Position numbers and translations under genes: made by a program
Shown: one piece after another, positions 29,217-37,458 of the stretch
How the letters are laid out: the number at the start of each line of letters is the position of its first letter
Numbering within the stretch: position 1 is the first letter of the stretch
From: a bacterium
GTDB lineage: Bacteria; Myxococcota_A; UBA9160; SZUA-336
Length of the DNA stretch: 64,000 nt
Reading direction: 5' to 3'
Assembly (NCBI GenBank): GCA_041498295.1
Contig: JBGQIB010000002.1
Coordinates: 1,101 to 65,100 of the forward strand
Notes under the pieces: model-generated
Seen by the model: the letters and a program-made list of their open reading frames with translations, nothing else
What the model was told of the DNA's origin: nothing
The model's database searches: none

Positions 29217-30025
29217 CTCTCGACCCGGAACGAGCCCGAACCTTGGCGGCGATCCGCGACTCACTCCGCGACTTGGTCGCGGACGGCGTGGACTTCGTGC
29301 CCAGGGCCGCGGCCATGCGGAGCGTGGCCGCAACCGGGCGGCAGCACGCAGCGCCGCGACCCTCCAGCTCCGCTCCTCCCGCCCCTTCTCCCGCCTTCCG
29401 GCCGCGCGTCGCGCCGCTCACGGCCCCGACACAGGTCGCCGACGCGGCGGTCGCGAAGCTGGCGTTGCTCGACGCGATCCGCGCCGAGATCGGCGACTGC
29501 CGGCGCTGCGCCTTGTGCGAACGGCGCCGCAGCATCGTCTTCGGTGAGGGGAACCCAGACGCGCGCGTCGTCTTCGTGGGCGAGGGCCCGGGCGAGGAAG
29601 AGGACAAGAGCGGCCGGCCGTTCGTCGGGCGCGCGGGGGAGCTGCTCAACAAGATGATCGAGGCCGTCGGCTGGCGACGCGAAGATGTGTACATCTGCAA
29701 CATCGTGAAGTGTCGCCCGCCCGGGAACCGCGACCCGCAGCCGATCGAGGTCGCGACCTGCGAGCCGTACCTCCATCAGCAGCTCCACGCGCTCGCGCCG
29801 GCGGCGATCGTCACGCTCGGAAGGCCCGCGATCTCGGCACTGATCGGCCGACCCGTGGCGATCACGAAGCTGCGTGGCAGCTGGCTCGAGTGGCAGGGCA
29901 TGCCGGTGATGCCGACGTATCACCCCGCGTATCTGTTGCGGAACTACACGCGAGAGACTCGACAGGCGGTCTGGGACGACCTGCGGGCGGTGCGCGAACG
30001 TGTCGAGGGATCGAGTTCGAGCTAG
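29213..30025 (+). CDS. uracil-DNA glycosylase, family 4 (Fe-S type)
   Basis: CRRCALCERRRSIVFGEGNPDARVVFVGEGPGEEEDKSGRPFVGRAGELL and ICNIVKCRPPGNRDP are family-4 UDG signatures. GTG start overlaps the cytochrome stop (GTGA); an internal ATG start is also possible. TAG stop. Confidence 0.8.
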   Translation: MTLDPERARTLAAIRDSLRDLVADGVDFVPRAAAMRSVAATGRQHAAPRPSSSAPPAPSPAFRPRVAPLTAPTQVADAAVAKLALLDAIRAEIGDCRRCALCERRRSIVFGEGNPDARVVFVGEGPGEEEDKSGRPFVGRAGELLNKMIEAVGWRREDVYICNIVKCRPPGNRDPQPIEVATCEPYLHQQLHALAPAAIVTLGRPAISALIGRPVAITKLRGSWLEWQGMPVMPTYHPAYLLRNYTRETRQAVWDDLRAVRERVEGSSSS

Positions 30026-31319
30026 GCGCGCGGCCGCGGCGAGCGGATGGTGCGGCCTCGCCGTCGCGCTGCTCCTGTGCGCGCGCAGCGTCCACGCGGA
30101 CGAGCTGCGCGTCGGCTTCGGCGTGAAGCCGCTGCCGGCGCGCGTCGGCGAGCCGATGGGCGGCTACGGGGGACTCACTACGCGCCGCGCCGAGGGCGTG
30201 CTCGATTCACCCGAAGCGCGCGCGCTCGTGCTCGAGCAGGGCAGCCTGCGGATCGCGATCGTCGTGCTCGACGTCGTGATCGCGCGTCCCAACGTGCGCG
30301 ACTTGGTGCTCGAGGCAACTCACTCGCTCGACATCGGCTTGCTCATGCTGGTCGCGACTCACACGCACTCCGGTCCCGGCGGGTATCTTCCCGGTTGGTT
30401 GCCGGCGCGGCTGACGGCGGGCGAGTACGATCCGGAGATGCCCGCGCGCCTGGCCCGCGCCGCGAGCGAAGCGCTCGAGCGCGCGGTGGCCGATCTCGCG
30501 CCCGCGCGACTCGCGAGCGCCGTCGTGCCGCTTCACCTCGCGCGCAACCGCCGCTTCTCCGACGCTGCGGCGGACACGGAGCTCGCGCTCTTGCGCGCGG
30601 ACTTCGACGACGGTCGGCCGCCCGTCTTGCTCTTCGACTACGGCGCGCACGCGACCCTGCTCTCCGCCGATAACGTCGAGCTCTCGGCAGACTGGCCGGG
30701 CGCGGCGCGCGCCGCGCTTCTCGCCGCGGGGTGGCGCGCGGTCTTCGTGCCCGGACCGCTCGGCGATCAAGAGCCGGTCGTCGAGCTCGGCGCGTTTCCG
30801 AGCCTCGAGCGCGAGCGCGCGGTCATGAAGGAGTTCGGGCAGACACTGGCGAAGTCAGTCGACTCCGCGGCGCGCGCGCTAGAACCGAAGTCTCTTACGG
30901 AGCCGAGCCTGGCCGCGCTCGAGCGCTGGGTCGATACGCCGCCCGCGCAGTTTCGCCGCTTCTGCTCGCTCTGGTGGATCTCGCCGTTCGTGAGCTCGTC
31001 ACTCGACGCGTTCGTCTCGAAGCGCGTACCCTTCCAGGTCGTGCGCGTGGGCGACGCGGAGCTCGTCGCGGTGCCGGCCGAGCCGATCGCGGTCGTCGGT
31101 GCGGAGCTGCGCATGCGCGTGCCCTCGGGCCGCCACCGCTTCGTGGTCGCGCACGCGAACGACTGGCTCGGCTACGTGGTCGACGGGCCGACTTATACGC
31201 GCGGAGGCTACGAGTCCTGTCTGTGTCTGTTCGGTCCGCGCAGCGCCGCCTGGCTCGTGGACTCCGCGGCAGAGACTCTGCGCGAGCTCGACGCGCGCCC
31301 GCCCGGGAGCGCGCCGTGA
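30000..31319 (+). CDS. neutral/alkaline ceramidase-like secreted hydrolase
   Basis: Signal peptide; GYGG and HTHSGPGG motifs are typical of the N-terminal domain of the neutral ceramidase family. Start codon uncertain (GTG 30000). Confidence 0.65.
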   Translation: MSRDRVRARRAAAASGWCGLAVALLLCARSVHADELRVGFGVKPLPARVGEPMGGYGGLTTRRAEGVLDSPEARALVLEQGSLRIAIVVLDVVIARPNVRDLVLEATHSLDIGLLMLVATHTHSGPGGYLPGWLPARLTAGEYDPEMPARLARAASEALERAVADLAPARLASAVVPLHLARNRRFSDAAADTELALLRADFDDGRPPVLLFDYGAHATLLSADNVELSADWPGAARAALLAAGWRAVFVPGPLGDQEPVVELGAFPSLERERAVMKEFGQTLAKSVDSAARALEPKSLTEPSLAALERWVDTPPAQFRRFCSLWWISPFVSSSLDAFVSKRVPFQVVRVGDAELVAVPAEPIAVVGAELRMRVPSGRHRFVVAHANDWLGYVVDGPTYTRGGYESCLCLFGPRSAAWLVDSAAETLRELDARPPGSAP

Positions 31320-32122
31320 CGCGCGCGCTCTGCGGAATCGCGCTTCATCCCGCGGGTCACACGCTCTCGCCGGTATTACACGAAACTGCGTACGCCGCGC
31401 TCGGCCTGGACGCCTCCTTCAGCGTCCACGACGTCGCGCCCCCGGGATTCGGCGCGCTGCTCACGGAGCTGCGCGCGCGCGGACTGACACAGCTCTGTGT
31501 CTCGCTCCCGCACAAGGAGTCAGCGCTGCAGCTCGCCGACCGCGTCTCGGAGGCGGCCCGCGCGATCGGCGCGGCGAATACGCTGACCGCCATCGGCGGC
31601 GCCCTGGTCGCCGACAACACCGACTGGATCGGCGTCACGGCCGCACTCGAGCCGTACGGCCCGTGGACGAGCCGGCGCGCGACGGTGCTGGGCGCGGGCG
31701 GCGCCGCGCGCGCGGTCGTGTTCGCGCTGCGCCGTTTCGAGATGGACGTGTGCATCGTGAATCGCACGCGCGCGCGCGCGGAACGCGTCGCCGCCGATCT
31801 CGGCGCGCACGTCGGCTCGCTCGACGAGCCGTGGGATCTGCTCGTGAACGCGACCTCGCTCGGCATGTCACCGGATGCCGACTCGACGCCGGCTCCCGCC
31901 GCGAGTCTGCGTCCGGGAGCGCTCGTGTTCGACACGGTGTATCGGCCGCTCGAGACACGCCTCTTGCGCGAGGCGCGCGCTCGCGGCTGCCGGGTCCAAG
32001 ACGGACTCGAGATGCTCGTGCATCAAGCGGTCGAGCAGATCCGCCTGTGGAGCGGGAAGCGCGCGGACCCGGCCCGGCTGCGCCGCGCCGCGCTCGACGC
32101 GCTAGGCTCCGCGCCACGATGA
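31316..32122 (+). CDS. aroE: shikimate 5-dehydrogenase AroE
   Basis: SLPHKE and NTDWIGV substrate motifs with an NADP Rossmann fold (VLGAGGAARAVVFAL). GTGA overlap with the upstream gene. Confidence 0.85.
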   Translation: MTRALCGIALHPAGHTLSPVLHETAYAALGLDASFSVHDVAPPGFGALLTELRARGLTQLCVSLPHKESALQLADRVSEAARAIGAANTLTAIGGALVADNTDWIGVTAALEPYGPWTSRRATVLGAGGAARAVVFALRRFEMDVCIVNRTRARAERVAADLGAHVGSLDEPWDLLVNATSLGMSPDADSTPAPAASLRPGALVFDTVYRPLETRLLREARARGCRVQDGLEMLVHQAVEQIRLWSGKRADPARLRRAALDALGSAPR

Positions 32123-33387
32123 CTGAATCGACGCTCGAATGGGACACGCCGATGTACCGCCTCGCGGTCGCGCAGCTCGACCAGACCGCGGCGCTGATGC
32201 AGCTCGACGAGAACATCTGGGAGCGGCTGCGCACCCCGCAGCGCTCGTTGATCGTCTCGTTTCCGTTTCGCCGCGACGACTACAAGACCGTCGACACCGT
32301 CTACGGGTACCGCGTGCAGCACGTGCTCACGATGGGGCCGACGAAGGGCGGCGTGCGCTACGACGACGACGTGCATCTCGGCGAAGTCACTGCGCTCGCG
32401 ATCTGGATGTCATGGAAGTGCGCGCTGATCGGCCTGCCCTTCGGCGGCGCGAAGGGCGGCGTGCGCATCGATCCGACGCGTCTCTCGCGCACCGAGCTGC
32501 AGCGCATCACGCGCCGCTACACGATGGAGATCATCGAGATGATCGGCCCCGATCGGGACATTCCGGCGCCCGACATGGGAACCGACGAGCAGACCATGGC
32601 CTGGATGATGGACACGTACTCCGGGCAGAAGGGCTACGCCGTGCCCGGCGTCGTCACCGGGAAGCCGGTCGAGATCGGCGGCTCACTCGGCCGGCGCGAG
32701 GCAACCGGCCGCGGTGTAGTCACCTGTGTCACCGAGGCGTGTCACCACCTGCGCATGCAGATCCAGGGCGCGCGCATCGCCGTGCAGGGCTACGGCAACG
32801 TGGGAGCAAACGCGGCGCGCCTCGGGAGCGCCGCAGGCGCGCGCGTGATTGCGGTCTCCGACGTGAAGGGCGGCATTCACGACGCGCGCGGGCTCGATCT
32901 GACCAAGGTCGATCAGTGGGTGAAGGAGCATCGCTTCCTCGAGGGCTTCCCGGGTGCGGAGTCAGTCACGAACGCGGAGCTGCTCGAGCTCGACTGCGAC
33001 GTGCTGATCCCCGCGGCGCTGCAGAATCAGATCACCGAGAGGAACGCCGGCCGCATCCGCGCACGGCTGGTCGTCGAGGGCGCGAACGGGCCGACCTCGC
33101 TCGAGGCCGACTCCATCCTTCGCGAGCGCGGCATCTTCGTCGTGCCCGACATCCTCGCGAACGCCGGCGGAGTCACGGTCTCGTACTTCGAGTGGGTGCA
33201 GGACGCGCAGCAGCTCTTCTGGACCGAGGACGAGGTCAACGAGCGACTCACGAAGATCATGTCGCGCGCCTTCCGCGAGCTGCTCGCGTTCGCGCTCGAG
33301 AAGAAGGTCGATCTGCGCACCGCCTTGCTCTGGCGCGGCATCGGACGAGTGGCGGCCGCGAAGCGCCTGCGTGGAGTCTTTCCCTAG
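32119..33387 (+). CDS. gdhA: NAD(P)-specific glutamate dehydrogenase
   Basis: GLPFGGAKGGV catalytic-Lys region and GYGNVG Rossmann motif. ATGA overlap with aroE. TAG stop. Confidence 0.9.
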   Translation: MTESTLEWDTPMYRLAVAQLDQTAALMQLDENIWERLRTPQRSLIVSFPFRRDDYKTVDTVYGYRVQHVLTMGPTKGGVRYDDDVHLGEVTALAIWMSWKCALIGLPFGGAKGGVRIDPTRLSRTELQRITRRYTMEIIEMIGPDRDIPAPDMGTDEQTMAWMMDTYSGQKGYAVPGVVTGKPVEIGGSLGRREATGRGVVTCVTEACHHLRMQIQGARIAVQGYGNVGANAARLGSAAGARVIAVSDVKGGIHDARGLDLTKVDQWVKEHRFLEGFPGAESVTNAELLELDCDVLIPAALQNQITERNAGRIRARLVVEGANGPTSLEADSILRERGIFVVPDILANAGGVTVSYFEWVQDAQQLFWTEDEVNERLTKIMSRAFRELLAFALEKKVDLRTALLWRGIGRVAAAKRLRGVFP

Positions 33388-33404
33388 GAAGCACGTCCGT
33401 CGAC

Positions 33405-33926
33405 GTGGGCAGCGTCGTCCAGCTGAGCGCCACCGTGGTATCCAGCGCAGCCCTCGGTTTCCTCTACGGCACGCACTTCGACTGGCGAGGCCGAATCGAC
33501 TGGGTCGCGTGGGGCACACTCGGATCGGTCGCAGTAGTCATCGTGGCTGTAGTGCCGATTTTCAGCGAGCAGCAGCGCCGACGCCGGCAGACTCGTGCTG
33601 CTCGCGACCATGTGTCGGCACTGCTCATTCAGATCGAGAGCCTCCTCGGCCTCAAGGTGACCGTGCCTATCCTAGGAGCGATCAGTCCGACCGAGGCCGC
33701 ACCAATCCATGAGCTATTCGCTCTCATTCGCCAGCTCGGGCTCCTCGACGAACCTGAGTCTCGCCATGTGATCGTTGCGGCGGGCAAAGCCCGGATGCTC
33801 GTTCTTCTTGCAGCGGATCCGATGCCGAACCAACAGGGTCAGGACTTTCAGAGTGCGAACACAAAGGTGACTCGCGCGCGCGAGGTAGTCGATGCTCGGA
33901 TTCGGCCCTCCGAACGCGAAGCATAG
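33405..33926 (+). CDS. hypothetical small membrane protein (two predicted N-terminal TM helices plus a ~110-aa charged helical domain), first gene of the low-GC island
   Basis: Only coding-like frame here. VVQLSATVVSSAALGFLYG and WVAWGTLGSVAVVIVAVVPIF are TM-like, followed by SEQQRRRRQTRAARDHVSALLIQIESLLG.... AGGAAG lies 13 nt upstream of GTG 33405. GC is much lower than in flanking genes. I cannot assign a family from sequence alone. Confidence 0.5.
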   Translation: MGSVVQLSATVVSSAALGFLYGTHFDWRGRIDWVAWGTLGSVAVVIVAVVPIFSEQQRRRRQTRAARDHVSALLIQIESLLGLKVTVPILGAISPTEAAPIHELFALIRQLGLLDEPESRHVIVAAGKARMLVLLAADPMPNQQGQDFQSANTKVTRAREVVDARIRPSEREA

Positions 33927-33973
33927 GTCGCTGCCACGCGCTGCATCTGATAGGCCGCCGCCCAGCGGCCCAT

Positions 33974-33989
33974 TGGCACCGTCGGCGCA
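33974..33989 (+). promoter_or_regulatory. possible sigma-54 (-24/-12) promoter TGGCAC-N5-gcGCA in the island spacer
   Basis: TGGCACCGTCGGCGCA matches TGGCAC-N5-TTGCA at the GG and GC(A) core positions. It lies ~270 bp upstream of the protease gene. Weak, pattern only. Confidence 0.2.
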
Positions 33990-34260
33990 GCTGAGGGCCG
34001 AAGCGTTAGACGGCTCAGTACTCCGGACACCAGAGATCTGCGGGACGAGTGACTCCGGCGGGTTCGGAACGGGAGGGCGATCTCGCGGCCGGTCTCCCAG
34101 GTCACCGAGCGCCTTCTCTGCCGCCCGCCTCGAGTGAGTCGAAGAGTGCGATGGACGTCGAAAGCTTCCATGCTTCCCTAAGATCTCCCGGCGGTGCTAC
34201 GCTGCTAAGAAGCGACTCACGGGGAGCCGCTCACTCCACTGTTGGCGGACAGGAACACGT

Positions 34261-35013
34261 GTGGAAGAGTGGCAGAGACGAGAACTCGACCGACTCGCCG
34301 CCGCTGGTTACCTACCGACAATTCAAGAGCTCGCGAAGAGCCATTCTGCTCCCTTCTGGTGGCACGACGCGAGACGCGCAATCGGAACGCACATCGAGCA
34401 CAACGGCACAGTCTCTTTTGTTCGGACAGACACAGACCTCCTCGGTGTCTCCTGCGCCCACGTTCACGAAGGATGGCTTAGGGACAAAGCGGCCAATCCG
34501 GACCTCGTATGCCAGGTAGGTGGAATCACTTTCGATCCCTCTAGGCACTTGATCGACATTGACGAGCGCCTCGACCTGGCGACGTATGGCCTATCGGATG
34601 TTGTGGTCAACGGGTCGCGGTCAGTAGTCCATTCGCCGTCATGCTGGCCACCCGCTGACATTGATGAAGGCGGCTTGGTGATCCTCGGCGGTTGGCCAGG
34701 CCTCTTACGACAAGAGAAGCTGGGTAGAACAGACTTCTACTTCTCGTCGTTCATCAGCCGAGTTGACCAGGCTTCGTCTGAGCATCTCGCGGTTCATCTC
34801 AACATCACCGAAGCACATGGACCCGCAGGATTGCTGATACCGGAGAGCCCGGACCTCGGTGGCGCGAGCGGCGGCCCCGTGTTCCGGATACGCGAGGAAC
34901 CTCTCGTCATGTTGGAGCTCGTCGGAGTCATCTACCAATACAGCGCGGCCTTCGAGCTCGTCCGCGCGCGACGCGCTTCGAGCATAAGCTCGAACGGGAC
35001 ACTGATTCGCTAG
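34261..35013 (+). CDS. cytoplasmic trypsin-fold (chymotrypsin-like, Trypsin_2-type) serine protease, second gene of the low-GC island
   Basis: Catalytic triad in canonical order and context: His in VSFVRTDTDLLGVSCAHVHEGW, Asp in IDIDERLDLATYGL, Ser in GGASGGPVF (GxSGGP). No signal peptide. Good SD (AGGAA, 7 nt) before GTG 34261. A sampled 60-bp stretch is 53% GC. Confidence 0.7.
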   Translation: MEEWQRRELDRLAAAGYLPTIQELAKSHSAPFWWHDARRAIGTHIEHNGTVSFVRTDTDLLGVSCAHVHEGWLRDKAANPDLVCQVGGITFDPSRHLIDIDERLDLATYGLSDVVVNGSRSVVHSPSCWPPADIDEGGLVILGGWPGLLRQEKLGRTDFYFSSFISRVDQASSEHLAVHLNITEAHGPAGLLIPESPDLGGASGGPVFRIREEPLVMLELVGVIYQYSAAFELVRARRASSISSNGTLIR

Positions 35014-35148
35014 GCGCCCGCCCGCCGCTCATCCAGGCGTTGCAGCTGACGCGCCACAGGCCGACGGCGTTGGTGGTACTCTTGGCATCACCATCGGGCG
35101 CGTGGTTGAGTCTTGCGGCGAATTGCCGCGCAGCTGACCGCCGATCGG

Positions 35149-36219
35149 CTAGCCGGGCGGCTTCGGCGGACGCCACAGGTCGACGGGAAGAGTGACTCCC
35201 GTAGGACGGAACGGCAGCGCGATCTCGCGGCCGCCCTGCCCGGCCGAGGCGTAGGCGGCGAGCAGGATCTCGAGCACGGCGCGCCCGTCCTCGCCAGTCT
35301 CCTCGACTTTGGCCCCGCCGACGCCCGCGATGAAGTGCGCGAGCTCGCCGACGTAGCCGTGCTCGAGCAGTGGATCGACGGTCGGGCGAGTCACTGCGCC
35401 GGCGCGTTTCGTCAGACTCAGGCCCGTTTCGCCCATGAGATCGAGAAACAAGCGTCCCTCGGTGCCGTGTATCTCGAGCGTGCTCTGCATGCCCGTGGTC
35501 ACGGCCCACGAGCTCTCCGAGACGAGGGTGACTCCGCTCGCGAGCTCGAGCCGCACCTCGGCGTCGTCATCGAGATCGGTCTTGTCGCCGTGCAGCACCG
35601 TCGCGAGTCGCGCCGAGACCGCGCGCACCGCGGGCCGATCGAACACGAAGCGCAGCGCCTCGATCCCGTGACAGCCCATGTCCATGAGCGCGCCACCGCC
35701 GGCCTCGGTGCGGTCGAAGAACCACGGTGAGTACGGCCCGCCGTGTTTCTCGACCTGCCGCGCCCAGAGGACGCGCCCGACCACGCCCTCGCGCACGAGC
35801 TCGCGCGCGCGCCGATAAAGCGGAGCGAAGCAGAGATTCTCGGCGTAGCCGAGCGTGACACCGTGGCGTGTCGCCGCGGCGCAGAGTGCGTCCGCTTCGT
35901 CGAGCGTAAGACACAGCGGCTTCTCGACGACCACGTGCTTGCCCACCTCGAGCGCCGCCAGTGCGTGCGCCGCGTGCAGCCGATTCGGCGAGTTCACGCA
36001 CACGAGCCGCACGTTCGGGTCAGCTAGCAGCGCCGGCAGCTCGTCGAACGTGAACGGCTTCGCGCTCGCAAAGCCACTCGTCAGCTTCTCCGCCGCCGCG
36101 CGCGTGCGCGAAGCGACTGCCGCCAGATACGCGCCGCCCGCTCGCGCGAGCGCCGCGAGGTACACTCGCGAGATCCAGCCCGCGCCCAGCAGCGCAATTC
36201 CGGGCAGCTCTCCTGTCAG
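35149..36219 (-). CDS. Gfo/Idh/MocA family NAD(P)-dependent oxidoreductase
   Basis: N-terminal Rossmann (IALLGAGWISRVYLAALA) and a C-terminal GFO_IDH_MocA_C-like region. No ATG/GTG/TTG lies within reach of the Rossmann motif, so the start may be CTG at 36219 or otherwise undefined. The region overlaps the acyl-CoA dehydrogenase stop. Confidence 0.7.
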   Translation of the reverse strand: MTGELPGIALLGAGWISRVYLAALARAGGAYLAAVASRTRAAAEKLTSGFASAKPFTFDELPALLADPNVRLVCVNSPNRLHAAHALAALEVGKHVVVEKPLCLTLDEADALCAAATRHGVTLGYAENLCFAPLYRRARELVREGVVGRVLWARQVEKHGGPYSPWFFDRTEAGGGALMDMGCHGIEALRFVFDRPAVRAVSARLATVLHGDKTDLDDDAEVRLELASGVTLVSESSWAVTTGMQSTLEIHGTEGRLFLDLMGETGLSLTKRAGAVTRPTVDPLLEHGYVGELAHFIAGVGGAKVEETGEDGRAVLEILLAAYASAGQGGREIALPFRPTGVTLPVDLWRPPKPPG

Positions 36220-37337
36220 AGCTTCAAGAGCTGCGCGACGCGCTCCCGGTGCTCCGAGGGATCGCCGTAGGTGACTTCGATCGCCTTCGCGCGCTTGAAG
36301 TACAGGTGGCAGTCGTACTCCCACGTGAAGCCGACGCCGCCGTGAATCTGGATGTTCTCGGCGGACGTAGCACGGTACGCGTCGCTCGTGTACGCCTTGG
36401 CCATCGAGGCGGCGAGCTCCGCCTCGGCGGTCTTCTCGGCCACCGCCCAGGCGGCGTAGTAAGTGATCGACTTCGAGGACTCGACCTGAATCAACATGTC
36501 GGCGCACTTGTGCTTGATCGCCTGGTTCACGCCGATCGGCTTGCCGAACTGCACCCGCTCCTTCGCGTACTTCACCGAGTCCTCGAGCACCTTCTGCGCG
36601 CCGCCCAGGGCCTCGGCCGCGAGGTGCACGAGCGCGTGATTGCGCACCGTCCGCCACGTCGCCCAGCCGGATTCGGGCGCGCCCAAGAGCTGCGCGGGCG
36701 TGCTCGCGAACTTCACCTCCGCGATGCGCCGCGTCTGATCCATCGAGAGCAGCGGCGTGATGGTCATGCCGGGCGCGCCCCGCTCCACGGTGAACAGCGC
36801 GATGCCCGCCTCGCCGGGACCGCCGGCACGCGCCGCGACCACGATCAGGTCGGCGTTCTGCGCGTCCGGAACGAACAGCTTTGTGCCGGTGAGCGCGAAG
36901 CCCGCGCCCTGCTTCTCGGCGCGCGTCGCGAGCTCATAGGGATTCTCGTTGCCCGAGTCCTCGGTGATCGCGAAGCTCGCGATCTTCCGGCCCGCCGCGA
37001 TGGCGGGCAGGAATTCCTTCTTCTGCGTCTCGGTGCCGCCGTGCAGAATCGCGAGGGCGCCCTGGAAGCTGGCAAAGAAGGGCGACGGCGTGAGCGCGCG
37101 GCCGAGCTCCTCCGCGATCACGATCTCGTCGACGAGAGTGAGACCGGCGCCGCCGTACTCCTCGGGGAGCAGCAGCCCGAGCCAGCCGAGCTCGGCCATC
37201 TTGGCGTACACAGCGGGTTTGAAGCCGCGCGGATCGTCCATCAGCTCGCGCACCGCGCTCATGGGGAGCTCTTTGGCGAGAAACTCACGGGCGCTGTTGC
37301 GCAGCAGCTCTTGTTCTTCCGAGAAGCCGAAGTTCAC
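36216..37337 (-). CDS. acyl-CoA dehydrogenase
   Basis: Full ACAD architecture with a C-terminal YGDPSEH-like tail. MNFGFSEEQELLR start. Confidence 0.9.
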   Translation of the reverse strand: MNFGFSEEQELLRNSAREFLAKELPMSAVRELMDDPRGFKPAVYAKMAELGWLGLLLPEEYGGAGLTLVDEIVIAEELGRALTPSPFFASFQGALAILHGGTETQKKEFLPAIAAGRKIASFAITEDSGNENPYELATRAEKQGAGFALTGTKLFVPDAQNADLIVVAARAGGPGEAGIALFTVERGAPGMTITPLLSMDQTRRIAEVKFASTPAQLLGAPESGWATWRTVRNHALVHLAAEALGGAQKVLEDSVKYAKERVQFGKPIGVNQAIKHKCADMLIQVESSKSITYYAAWAVAEKTAEAELAASMAKAYTSDAYRATSAENIQIHGGVGFTWEYDCHLYFKRAKAIEVTYGDPSEHRERVAQLLKL

Positions 37338-37458
37338 GGCGGCGATTCTATCCCTCTGTTTTTTCGAGGGTCAAACCCGCCGATTGCGAGCTTCGAAGCG
37401 CCTAGCGTAGGGTGGCGTCCGACATGGCGTTGACGGCCGATCTGCAGAGACATCTCAC

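Noticed and set aside
27329-30025. 898-aa plus-strand ORF
   Set aside because: Composite: its first ~1.9 kb is an alternative frame of the cytochrome gene (Arg-rich). Only the last 813 nt, from GTG 29213, form the real UDG gene.
31099-33926. 762-aa and 595-aa composite ORFs (31099-33387, 32139-33926)
   Set aside because: These are over-extensions in the frames of gdhA and the island membrane protein respectively. Gene boundaries were set instead by motif onset, ATGA/GTGA overlaps and SD sites.
33848-34171. 107-aa minus-strand ORF in the island spacer
   Set aside because: Arg-rich and low-complexity, with no SD. The spacer is more likely regulatory.
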